61,669 bases of DNA, filler included, from Sphacelaria rigidula (GCA_964200075.2; 7 parts of 7 records of this genome joined end to end with filler, not necessarily neighbours in it); one strand, 5' to 3'. Numbered from the whole stretch's first letter, positions 49,635 through 61,669 are shown. Translations and numbers: made by a program. Notes: generated from the letters alone by a model not told the origin.

Positions 49635-49975
49635 GTCCGTGGGAAGAGTTGCTCAGTGCTAGTGGTCTCAGCGTTTCCTTGTGCAGGACAATCGAAATAT
49701 TCACGACCCGTATACTAGAATACATTGCAGATAGCACACAGCAGCAACAAACCGTGTGACATTCCTTGTTGCTGTTGAGGAGGTCCGAATGTCTTCCATG
49801 TCTACATGTGGTCACTGTACCCACATCGGGGCAAGAGAAAGCATACTGTTTCCAAGAAGAAAAATGGGGAACAAAACATGAATACTTGGATTCACTGTCG
49901 TGGGCGCCAGGACATCCAATCCTTACCCAAGTTTCCAACCTTGCGTTCTGCAGGGTATACCAGTGAGAAAAGGGT

Positions 49976-52846
49976 GGGGGGGCATTGGTCGGCATATTAC
50001 ACCATACCGAAATGTGTAACCAACAGTCCGGTGGAGTTGGGAAGGATATCGAGCCCTATTCCCAACACTCCCGTATGGTCCGGTCGGGTATTACCCGTTA
50101 TATACTTGTGAGAAACCGGAAATCGGAAGTTCAGCACTTCCCTTCCTCCTGGCTTGCTCCCTGTGGGGGTAGGCCGAGGACCGCTAGTGATCTTAAACCA
50201 CACACAAAGACCACCAAACCAACGAAGGCGGAGCAGGGAAAGGTAAGGGACACGAGCCCGAGCATCGTGTCGACGTGGACTCTGAGTTTGGGGCGACAGA
50301 AGATGCAGGGGTCGTGAGACACAGCGTAACTCATATCGCACTAAATTTTCCAGATACCACCCCCTTCCCCCGATTGCCCATACTGGGGTGGGCAGAGTCC
50401 ACCTGTGATCTTAGACCACAATCCAAAGATCATTCAACGACGGTGGAGATACGAGTCCGAACCTCGTATCGACGGGGAGACCAAGTTAGGAAGATAAGAG
50501 GCACCACGATCACGAGAGTGGCGTGTGCTTCGTTTCGGAACAACTTAGCGGCGGCATGCAGCTGAACGCTAAAGCACCGGTCTGGACACCGGGGCTATGC
50601 AGCAGCGGAGAGCGCAGTGGGGACAGATGGAGGGGCTGCACATCGCGTGGGTACGCACACCAGGAGCAAGGAAGGAGTAGAGTCGGAAAGAGCAGGAGAG
50701 TTGCACCTGCCTGTGAAAAAAGACAGGCACCGGGTTGGCAATAGCCAGAGAGTCCAAAACGCGATAAAAATCAAGCAAATAAACAAGAGCAGGAAAAAGA
50801 GGAGGAGGGACCGGGCGAGGCGGAGGCGTGCTAGGAAAGCAGCACGAGTAGCCCGGGCGAGACAGCGGAGTCGACTTGTCAAGGTAGTCACTTACAATGT
50901 CAGAACTCTAGCTGTGAAAGGGGCCAATGGATGGGGGCGAGACTACAGCGTCTTGTACGAGGCCGCGAGACCTAACATCTCGGTGGTAGGACTACAGGAG
51001 ACACGAAGGGCGGGGCGAACAGACCGCACAGCAGCAGGGTTCAGAGTCTTCTGCTGTGGGAGCGAGTCAGGTGGGCAACACGGTGTGGGTATAGCCGTGA
51101 AAGAGTCGATTTGCAATAACGCCACCTATACCACCGAGTACGTTGACGAGCGCCTCATGACAATGCGGTTTGAAATATCGGGACAGAGCGGAGCGATCAA
51201 TTTCGTAGCTGCGTATGCACCAACTGAAGTCGCCAAGAACGAAACGAAACAAGCGTTCTGGGATGGGCTTGGCGATCTGGTACAGCGAATCCCGTCGAAG
51301 GAATGTGTGTATGTTTTGATCGATGCCAACGCGCGGACGGGGGACAAAGTAGGAGAGGTCTTAGAGGACGACGGGGTCCTAGGCGCCTATGGACGTGATA
51401 AGCTGAACGATAACGGCAAACTTCTGCTAACTTTCGCAATCGAGAACAAACTAGCCATCACGAACACCTTCTTCAGCACGCGCAAAGGCGGATTCTCGCA
51501 CACATACAACGGTGTGGTGGGGAATCGCATGAGCGACTTCAAGCGCAAGACTACATTCTTACCCAGCAGGCACACCGAGGTAGAGTGCGCAACGTAGTCG
51601 TACACCCCCAACCCGCACCCCCGACTGAAGCGGACTCGGACCACAACATGGTGATGGCCACTGTCGACCTCGGTAGCCGCATTGCCCACAACCGCCAAGT
51701 ACGCACCAAGTCGAAGCAGCGGCAATTCAGTCGACAGCAGCTGCAGTGGCAAGGTGGCACGTGACCGAGAGGTTCCTACAAAACCTCGCCGAGCAAAAAT
51801 ATCAACCAACCACCACCGCACCGGCGGCCGCGAAGGTGTTTACCGAAGCTATCCTCGAAGCAGCGCAGACAGTTTTCCCGGAAGAAGCACGGATACCACG
51901 TATGCCGGAATGGTGTGAAAACCCCGGCACGAGAGCAACAGTGGAAGGAGCCCTCGCCAAACGACGGGAGGCACGCCAACTGATGAAGCATCACCGGACC
52001 CCAGCATCGTGGAAAGCACTCATGGCCGCGTGTAAAAACGTGCGTACAGCAATCGATGACGGCATATATGCAAATCTGGAGAGGTATATGGCAAGGCTAG
52101 AGGTTATCTACAAGGATCGCGACATGAGAGGCCTGTACAAACACCTCAAGAGATCGGTGGGTCTTGGTGGAAGACAATCCGGGGGGCAGCACTTCATAAA
52201 GGACGAGAACGGCGTCCTACTGAGGAACAAAATTGCCATCCTTGAACGGTGGGCGAAATTTTTCCGCACCCTGCTCAACGCCAAATTGCCCACGCTGAAC
52301 CCAGCCATCATCGAGGAGGTGAAGCAGCGACCGGCAGCGTCAACCACCGGGGATTCAGTTCCGCTCAGGGCAGCACCAACACTGGAGGAAACTAGACGAG
52401 CAGTCCGGGGGATGGACAACTGGAAAGCGCCAGGACACGACTCCCTCCCTGTGGAACTACTCAAGATCGATGGCCGCGATGAACTCATCGTCCTCGAACG
52501 CTTCCATACCATTCTCGTCGAGGTGTGGGACGGAGGGGAGGTTCTGCAGGAGTGGAAAGATGCAACCATCAAGGTGCTGTACAAGAAATTGGACCGGTCC
52601 AGCTGCAATAACTACAGGGGCACCTCTCTGGTATCGCACGCAGGGAAAGTGCTCGTGAAGATAGTGGCTAACCGCCTCAGCGACTACTGCGAAACGCACG
52701 GGACATTACCGGAGGAACAATGCGGCTTCCGACCTAACCGATCCACCGTCGACATGCTGTTCGTAGTGCGCCGACTCCAGGAGCTGGGACGGCGGCGAAA
52801 AATACCGCTGTACATGTTTTTCGTCGACCTCCAGAAGGCATATGAC
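49976..52846 (+). mobile_element. Non-LTR retrotransposon (RTE-like LINE): 5' region, AP endonuclease and N-terminal reverse transcriptase, cut by the contig end
   Basis: APE motifs TYNVRTL, GLQETR, DANAR, NDNG, TNTFF and SDHNMV. RT motifs KAPGxD, NYRGx[14 protein letters not shown] and FVDLQKAYD. No separate ORF1 is seen. The 5' boundary is approximate. Confidence 0.92.
50617..52846 (+). pseudogene. Frameshifted APE-RT polyprotein ORF
   Basis: The frame breaks near 51550 (KR|DYILT expected) and near 51730-51745, where a linker segment also appears to be missing. Confidence 0.8.
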
Positions 52847-52946
52847 NNNNNNNNNNNNNNNNNNNNNNNNNNNNNNNNNNNNNNNNNNNNTTAATTAATT
52901 AANNNNNNNNNNNNNNNNNNNNNNNNNNNNNNNNNNNNNNNNNNNN
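52847..52946. other. Artificial contig spacer
   Basis: 44 N + TTAATTAATTAA + 44 N. Confidence 0.98.
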
Positions 52947-52974
52947 ACGGACTCTACGGTCGAGCGACACTCAC

Positions 52975-55900
52975 GTTGCTGTGTTACTCCTCGTGCCAGC
53001 GCGGATGTCGGCCCATGTCAACGAGTAGGTTCCGTTACATGACATGGTGACTGCCACACCTAGCTCCGTCATCACACAGTCATTGGGTACCGCAGGGTCC
53101 TGTACAGTCACCTGGGTGAGGTCTACATTCCCGCTGTTTGCAACCTGATCGTTCATACGCCATTGACGAGACCGCCGTCGTAAGTTGACGTGACGGGCTT
53201 GGCAAAGGGTGCGATACGGGTTAGAGAGATGGCATGTTGATCGAATATTGGAACGATGGGTGAAGTAGATGCTGAGCACGTCGGTGCTCTCGTTGTCAGG
53301 GTTCTAAGACTCTTCAGTGCAAACGAAAAGGCGTGGCGAGTAAGCGCGGCGTCAATACTTGAGGAGATGTTTTCGTCTAGTGTGACCAATCCGCCGCGTA
53401 CTGGACGACGGCTTAGACGTTGAATGGCGGTGTATTGTGCCGTTAAAGACGGTGATTTTTAGTGTCTCCCTTGAAAACTGAACATTCGGAGACTCTGCAC
53501 ATGACTGTTCAGGAATCCTCCGAGCACGGGGCCCACCGGTACCTGGATTTCGTACAGAATTTTCTCCGATTTGTCCGCGTAGTCCGCCATCCCGTTCTCC
53601 CCGTCCTCCCACTCGCTGTCATACACTGGCAAACGGCCGCACACAAAAGTCTTGAGTTCAAGAAATAAACAAGAGGCCGAAGAGTCAGCTGGGGGCGGCG
53701 CTGCTCATAAAATCTCGCGTTCTACCCTGGCATTTCATTGTAAACGAATGACGAGTGGTATCGATCCGATCGCATTCGACAGCGCGCTGTTCTGTAGGTG
53801 ACGAAAATGATTCACGGATAAGCGCCCACCGAGGTGACTGTATACTTACATGCACCTACTTCGTTGCTCACTTCCTGTCCATTAGCATGCGCTTCGATAG
53901 TAGAGTTCAATATTCCCCCAGTGCTCTTCGATCGACGGGTCTGTATTCCCCCCGCATTGTCGTTTGTGCCATTATAGAGGTGACTGTTGGGGTAGACCAC
54001 TGCAACTTACCTATTTCGATCTGCGGATTCCGCGCCAAATCGTTCATGCATGTGCTTGACTCGATAAGAAGTTCACCAGTCCCCGCGGTAGCATTTGCTG
54101 TAGCGGTGCTGGACACAGACCCCGCATTGATTTCCGCTTGAGTCAGCTGCAACGTGAGACACGGAAACACCAACGAAACAACGCAGAGTCCGCACACGAT
54201 CAGATGTGGTCGAATCAGCGTTGGGAAAAACCCACCTCGGGCCCGCTACCCGACGAAACCGTCATACTCAGCGAAAACACCGCTCGTATGATCTGCCTCT
54301 TCACCTGTCGAGAGGCCGTGCATGTGTGTATTTCCCCCACAGCCAGCACCAATGATAACGCCACATCCTCGCACGTGACAGCGCTGCTTGTATCCGACAC
54401 ACCGATGGCGTGAAGCGTCACCGTACCTTCGTTGGTTACTACTATAGTGTAGTCAACGACTTCTCCTTTGTCCGGAAACGTGCTCGAATCTGAGTCCACC
54501 CACACTCCTGTTTCGACTGCACACACGAATCGACGCACGGGTACGGGAGTGAGTGGACACACGCCAGGGATTCCCAGCCCTTGGGCATGCGGACGAGCAC
54601 GAGGGGCCAATACACGGTGCTATCTACTGAAGTAGTTCCCTACCTATGCCCATCAAGACCTCACGAGGGAGGTCAACCGAAGATGCTGCTACATCTCCGG
54701 TGGCCTCGACGCCAGCAAGAGAGCGGGATGTCACGTTCGCCGACAGGTCCATCTCGCCGAGATCAATATCATCTTGATCGATCTGTCGTCGGCGGTACAA
54801 ATAAAGGTCCAAACACTCTACTAGTAAGTGCGACTCAAAAGGCAACTCTTGTTAGGTAAAGTGAAAGTGAGTGCTGAGCCCATTTCCACTACCTTTGACG
54901 TTGTCGACCTGAAACATTCGATTTGTTTTTTCACCGCCCCTGCAAAAGCACGCGTTCCCCATACGCTTTTGTGGGCGCCAGTGATCACAGAGCAGACTTC
55001 GTAGCCCAAGGGAAACGAGGGTACTCGAAGATGGCACATGCTAGAGTTACCCTGTATATGACCCTCAAATACTACATAGCCACGCTCGCAGGGGTGTTAT
55101 GCATGAATGTGAGCAGTAGTAGTTAACTAGTACCCCTCTCCCGGTGGGATCGCTACTGTACGCTTAGACCCAACAGCCATCATCTGTGATTGCATGACAA
55201 TATTGAGTAGGTGAGCAAACGCACAGAAGATTGCAACAGCTGAGCGATCAGCTACGAAGGTGACCAGTTGGTCTCTTAGTAGCACCCTGACCTGGTCATT
55301 GAGAGAGTGTCCTCACCGCCACCACATGGACGCGGTCACCACAAAAGCCTCTTCGAAAAGACCAGAGTCACACTCCATGGGGAAGGAGGGTTGGCGGTAC
55401 TGTGGAGGTAGCCTGCTGAATGAATGAGCCTCACCAAATGTCTAGAGATGACGAATATTGAATTCTCTGTTCCACAAACTAACACAAGCAACAACGCAGG
55501 TGTACACTCAGAACAAGGATTGGAGCTCACCAGAGTAGTAACTTCACATCTGGCCTCGGCACCGGGCGCGAGTTCATCACTGCAGTTCACGCACTGGTTG
55601 TCCATCTCTTCGTCGATGATGCAAATGCTGTAGAGGGTTGTCGTTCCATCATTCAAAATGCTGTATGTACGACGGATCGTCTCTCCAACGTTCACCAAGC
55701 CGTCCCCTTCCGTACCATCAATCCACGTCCCAGATATACCTGTCGCACACATTGCACAGTAGTGATAAACAAAGGTTGTTCAGATATGAACTGGAGACTC
55801 TCGAAAGCACTTCGCGAGGTTGTTCCACATACTCATCATGTATCGCCAATATACTACTGCAGGGACTGCATATCCGTTGCTCGAAACACAACTAACTTCG

Positions 55901-58900
55901 AAGCACGCCACATGCCTCGCGGAAGCGGTAGATATTCTCAATGGCCGATCCAGGTATATCTCCTCACCAAGAGTGATGCTTGCAGTGCCAGTAAGCAGTA
56001 CTCTATCCTCACTCGTGTCACCCACAGAGACACCCGTGGGGCTCAATGAGGTCACAATGCCCGTGTTGCTCTTGCTGCCACTGTCCATATCGGCTTGATC
56101 GACTGTGTACGTGCCAGTACACGTCATGATCGGTTCTTGTGGGCATAGCTCTGCCGAAGGAAAATGCAACCGGGCATCAAAGGCCATAGTGACCAAGCGA
56201 AGCACATGTTGATTCCCGGGCTGTGCTACAATACATACATGAGACGAGATTCGTCGTAAGTCTAGTGTATGCCAAACGTACAGGAAGCATAGACAAACAA
56301 AGGATACATGGAATCGATTGCACCCCCGAGTAGTTACGTTCCGACCCCCAACAGCATACACTTAACGGTGCAAACACCCGACGTATACCTGTGGCGACGC
56401 ATGTAGACCCGCTGATTGTGTCCGTGACTTCCACATCCCTGAGACAGGTGTTTCCTGTGTTTCTAACCACCATCTCGTACGAGATCTCGTCTCCCGCGTT
56501 GCAGATGCCATCGGCGCCCGTGTCTAGCGCTCCAGTGGTCTCTGCATCCACATCGACGAACAAAACACATGTGTGCACGTGTGTGTGTTGGTATCATCGA
56601 AGCATACGGTCGGAACTTGCGCAATATACCTACGGTGTACTCTACTACCAGGATCGGGGAACTGTATGTGGGAGCGCGAGGATCTTCTGCAGTGGTGCAG
56701 TCGGGCAGATCCGCACAAAACCTCACCCATCGTCATCGTTGATACGGGCTCCAGCACTTGCCAAACGGTGGCGTCGCCGGAGACGTCGCCAAGCGGACTG
56801 ATTGCCCCAGCTACCACGGAGTTGCTCACACCGGCGGCGTCGAGGTCGTCCTGTTGCACCTGGGTTAAGGAAATAATCATCGTAACACAAATCTTAGGGA
56901 TTTAGCGGCAGCCTCAGATGGATGTGGGCTGCAGTTAAACTCTTGAATACTACCACGAATATGAAATGTTGACCGTGGAACCGTGTCGTGACCCTTCTCG
57001 TCATCCGGCAGGCCAAACAATCGCGACAGCGTGCTTCACGGCCAGCACGAAGCGCGCACAAGGCCATCGGACAAATATCGAGTAGGTCAAGCAGGTGACA
57101 CGGAAAAAGAACAAGTGGGTCCTGCGAGGCGAAGTGGAGGTGTAAGAGCCGGCCTCCACCACACGACTTGCAAGCCCCGCCTGCCTACATCCAACAAGGT
57201 AAGCACGGGATGAACCTATGTCTATTGGTCCAACGATCAAGTGTCGTCTACTTTGATCATTAATGTTTCAATAGCCCACTCTGAGGTAACGAGGAAAACT
57301 TTCCGCCGGTGCATACCCATGGCGGGGGGGCACGAGGTACGAAGGGCACGTACTCGTACTTTGTCAACAACGTGCCTCGCCCTCGTGCTCGCTCACCTCG
57401 TACACGGCCAAACATCTCGTTGTTGCTTCAGGGAAAAGTTTCAGTCCCTCCAGGATAGGGTCGCAGAAAATCACCGCTTCATCGTACGAGCTGCGGGTGT
57501 GGAAAGAGCAAGGAAACATACCGTCATATTTCGTACCCTGGCGACCTCTGGTCGTGGCGACACTATGACGGGTTACCCCCAACAAGCAACTGCCATGCTC
57601 AGAGTCGAACTTCCTCCCGGATTAACACACGAAAAAGGCCTGGCCCACAAGCCAACCATGGTGACAGGGACAAACAGCACACCCCGTGAGTGCCTGTCGG
57701 TAGCTCGAATACCAACATCGGGGAACAGGAGACTACGATACGCGAAGTGAAAAGCCCGAGGGAAGCCGGCGACCCAATACCTGGCTTCCTGGGCCATCAA
57801 GAGAGCACTAGATACGTTGATACCCGTCAGCGTTGTGGTGCCCTCGTTGATGAGCTTGATGATGTACTGGATTGTGTCGCCGGCAGAGTCACCCGCGACA
57901 GAATCCGAGTCTCGCATCGTCGCATTCACTGACGTAGCAACACCCGCCGTTCGGTGGAGTGTTTGCGTGGCTGTGGAGGAGGTCGTGACCGCGTCTCCCA
58001 AAGGCAGGTAACCATCCACCCTTCGACAACAAATAAATGCCAGTGGGGGAAGCATTTTCGAAGTCGTAGGTACGTCAAGTATGTGAGCACGACTACTAAC
58101 CCGAGCTCCCACAGCGGGTGACCGAACCAGTAAGGGCTTGTAACGGCACAACTTAGATCATTCCCATCGGTGTACGAAAGATGACGGCGACGACCGGATT
58201 CCACGAGTAGCAGCTTTGTCTCAGAACAACAACATTTCTTGTAGGTTACCGCAATCGCGATTGGACGCGGGAATCACATGCCGATTCATAGCGGTACCTA
58301 AACCAACCGATTCCCGTGTCCGTGGCAGAACAACCAAGCTTTGAGAAGCCGCAGAGCCTCGATATCAACAAGCGTGCAGGCTGAAAGTTCCGCACATACC
58401 CCCAATCATCATACGGACTTGGTTTAGCTAGGATCCGGCGCCTATTGTCCGCGAACAGCAGATGACGTTCATCGGTAGGGTCTACATACAGAGAGTCAAA
58501 CCCGGTACGACTTTTATCGCGGGTCTCAGCCAATGAGGTGGTAATCGATATGAGAAGAACAATGGAGCAACATCGCAAAGACGGATCCGGAGATGACGTT
58601 AGAGCTTGTGGCATGGCGACCCAACACCGAGTGAACCGTGGGCCTCGAGATATCAATGTCGGTGGGCGCGGATCATGGCCTCCAAGCTGGTTGCGCCATC
58701 AATCTGTCACCAAACTAAGGCGAAGGCAGACATCTACACAGTGCTTCTACGCCCACTAGACGTGGAACGCGCGTCCTACCTCGTCGTGCTGCTGACCGAG
58801 CCGGCGTCGATATCGTCCTGAGATATCGTATAATCAGGAGTGCAGGTAAAGGTCTTGCCAACAAGCCACGGGTCGGGAATACTCTCGGGACATCCCATGC

Positions 58901-61118
58901 CGTAGGTCCCTGACGTTCGCAAAAGAGTCAGACAAACAACGTAGGGACCCGTCGGAAACGCTACCCGGTACCCCAGTGGGATCTCAGCTGTCGCGTCGCA
59001 AAACATCAGCAACTGAAGCCGCGATGGGTGCGGCGAGTTTGTTCCTCTGAGAGATCCACAAAATATCTGACAACAGCACCGTCGAACCGCGCCGGCGACG
59101 TCCACTCAATGGGCCCCATGATCTCAATCCTAGAACACCGTCGTCATCAAGGCGTTGTCGAATCCCGCCAGGCGCAAGACAAATAGGTACTCCGTCACTC
59201 AGATGGAGCATGTTGACTCACCGTCATCATGCCTGAACAGTTCGTTGGATATGCTGCCACCCGTGATCTCCACATTCCCAGTGTTTTTCGAAGTCATATT
59301 GAACTGGATCGTCTCACCCATTGCGGCCAGGCCACTCACATCGTCGACCGGATGATGACTCGAGCTTTGCGTCACCTCGACCCCGGATTCCTGAAGGCGC
59401 AGTCGCGGGCACACGAGTTATGCTCCACGCTACAACAAGAGCCCATATAACCTGCTCGTCACTAGACTGCCAAGAGAATGCCTATGGTCTAGTTGTTCGT
59501 AAGGCACCCGGTATGTGTTCGCATCGCTTGCAGGGAGGAACATGCTATCGGAAAAGGTACGCCGTCAACCGAACACACTCCTCTACTCAAACCTTGCTCG
59601 ATATACTCGACCCCGTTGAACGTCGCTCCCTCGCCTGCCACACGATATTTGACATCCCAAGCAAATACTACATCAGTACTGCATAGCCCACGGACAGCAA
59701 GCAACATGCTACCGTGTCCATTCCCGACCACACACGCCGCAGATGACCCCAGTCTGCCCGTGACAGTCGAGATGCCCTCCACTCGTGTCGCAACATACGC
59801 ACTGTCACCTGATTCAGAGGAACGCTAGAGTCTGCGTCATCAACAACGGGCTCGTTGCTCAACTCATCGACATCGCTCTCGTGAAATGCTTTCACTACAG
59901 CTGAATTTGTCTTCACTCCAGCATTAATCTGAGTCAAACGCAAGCATCGATCGGCACGGTGGTGAGAACGAATGGGCAGCGCTTATTGTACGCCTTCCAT
60001 ACGCCGCCAAGTGCCTGCACATATGATCAGAAACATACATCGAACATCACAAGTCTGCGCTGAAAGGAAAAACAAGTACGTCGAGAGATACACTTCCCGA
60101 GTGTGCGCCTCGCGGTCACTGCGCTTGTCCAAAGGCGTATTTATCGGTGCTCCAGGTTTCCACTGCCGAAAGACATCTCACCTCTGCTTGAGACACTTTG
60201 CCCGTCGCTATGCACGTAAGAGATGCGGCAGGGGATAGACCCTCGTCAGGATAAGCGGCTAGCCCCGAGACACTCCCGGAGACCTCGCCAACAACAAAAT
60301 CGCCCCCGACGTCGCCACAGGTGACGGATACCCCGTTCGCTGCCAGACTTTCCACCGCTATCTCGATACCGTACAGGCTCAACAGGCCGTTGTTGGTGAT
60401 AGTATAAGTGTAGCCGACCTCGTCGTCGGTCGTAGACGCAGTGTCTCCAGCGTAGGTCGGCGTCACCGAGAGCCGAACGCTGCCGACCTGAAATCAACAC
60501 AATGGGGAAACGGGAAGAGCATGACCATCGGCAGAGCCTGGGGTGTAAGGAGCGGCTGTCTCACACACGACTGCATTGCAGTTTACACGTGCACACTCTA
60601 CCCTACAAGCGGAACTTGTCGCGGTATGCGATTGTCTTGCGGGATCGCTACCCATCACGGACTTGACAATGACAAGCGTGTGGAACAGAAATATGCACGC
60701 CTTGTCTCCTCCGATGCACGTTTCTTGCCTCGGGTGTGCACACCCCTGGCCGTCACAAAACACCCCCGTCGGTATTGAGTGATACCCTTTCTACACATCA
60801 TCAACCATATACCACGAACCCCCAGCCTGGTGGCCTTCGCAAGGTGCACAATGTGTTCAGATCATGCTTCTTTGTATTTTACCTGGTGCAAATCCACCAC
60901 CTCCGCATCTGAGTCCGACACCTCATAGCCGTACACGTCCTTGGCGGAAGCGGTCACAGTGCTGTCTCGCTCGAGGTTGTTGACGTCGTCGGCTGTGACG
61001 GCGTAGACGGCGGAGCAAGTGAAACCATCGTCGGCGACCAGGGCCTCATCCAACACAACCGCGTTCCCGGATACAGTTGCGTCCACGTTGCATTGCAGAG
61101 TCGACTCGCCGCTGTCAC
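52975..61118 (-). CDS. Large repeat protein with tandem DUF11/DUF7507-like Ig-fold domains; 16 internal exons, ~904 aa, both ends off the contig
   Basis: Exons in transcript order: 60883-61118, 60182-60487, 59809-59928, 59222-59390, 58780-58909, 57781-58020, 57397-57490, 56727-56859, 56389-56541, 55968-56150, 55531-55739, 54644-54782, 54305-54516, 54011-54146, 53543-53625, 52975-53144. All are GT-AG, phase-compatible and stop-free. Repeat consensus: G[DE]xIxYxIxxxNxGxxxLxxIxVxD...C...L.......C...YxVxQxDxDxGxxxNxAxV. Confidence 0.88.
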
Positions 61119-61669
61119 CTGAACGCGTGTTGGATGGGAACAAGCGGGAGAGTGCACATTGATGGTCGAGCTTGCTTGAGTTACAGAATCAAGTGAAGAT
61201 ATCTTGGTTTGACTGCTGCACCAGCAGTGCTTCGCCTATCATAAGGCACTTCCGCGGTATTCCAGGCCGCGGTTTCGCGGGCCCAATCCAGCCCTCATCG
61301 AGAGTCACAAAATTTGTTGCCGGACATTTGGTGGAGACGCCAAAACGGAGATTGTCTTTGCGAAATAACCGCCCTTTCACCTGCGAATACATAATTCACA
61401 TCCAACATTGTCAATCAGGGGTATTCATAACAGTTGAAAAAAGGCAACCTGGAAACCGCATCTACGCTGTCGAATTCGTGAGGGTAGGCATGACGTTCAT
61501 CAAATCTTGTGCCAAGTCAGGCTCCCCAAACGCAAAGTTTTGAAGAAGAGGTACAATCACCTTATCGCCATCAAGAGTTGGGGGGGGGGGGGGGGGGTCG
61601 CTTGTTTTTTTTTCTTTGTTAGTTTTACCCTGTCCCACCCACCCCTTTCGAAAACCGCCACCTTCCCAC

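Noticed and set aside
52947-61669. Bacterial contaminant contig as the source of the DUF11-like repeats
   Set aside because: The coding sequence is split by 15 spliceosomal GT-AG introns with consistent phases.

Overview
Eukaryotic, intron-rich, repeat-rich DNA. It is most consistent with a brown alga (Phaeophyceae, stramenopile), inferred from the GT-AG gene style, an aureochrome-like bZIP exon and TTAGGG tracts. The window is not one locus: seven contigs of near-identical, decreasing length (8726, 8725, 8724, 8724, 8724, 8723, 8723 bp) are joined by artificial 100-nt spacers (44 N + TTAATTAATTAA + 44 N), so gene neighbourhoods across spacers mean nothing. Contig 1: 3' exons of COG4, five exons of RNA polymerase III subunit RPC34/POLR3F, and a tRNA-headed SINE interrupted by a ~400-bp foldback MITE. 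Contig 2: an SDR-like exon, a SINE and a repeat carrying TTAGGG. Contig 3: the first coding exon of an aureochrome-like bZIP gene. Downstream of its splice donor lie a 1.74-kb TIR element (8-bp TSD) filled with a 41/155-bp palindromic higher-order array and a chain of TTAA-separated piggyBac-like elements. Contig 4: a Helitron 3' fragment (Pif1 helicase C-terminus, OTU protease, terminal hairpin) and a degenerate triplicated Cys/His module. Contig 5: largely uninterpretable. Contig 6: RING-H2 E3 ligase exons, a kinase exon, and a frameshifted RTE-type LINE whose structured 5' region may contain an HDV-like ribozyme. Contig 7: 16 phase-compatible exons (~900 aa, open at both ends) of a protein made of about 8 tandem DUF11/DUF7507-like Ig-fold repeats of a type typical of prokaryotic surface proteins; this is the most notable candidate for new biology here. 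All family assignments come from motif recognition by eye; no database searches were run.
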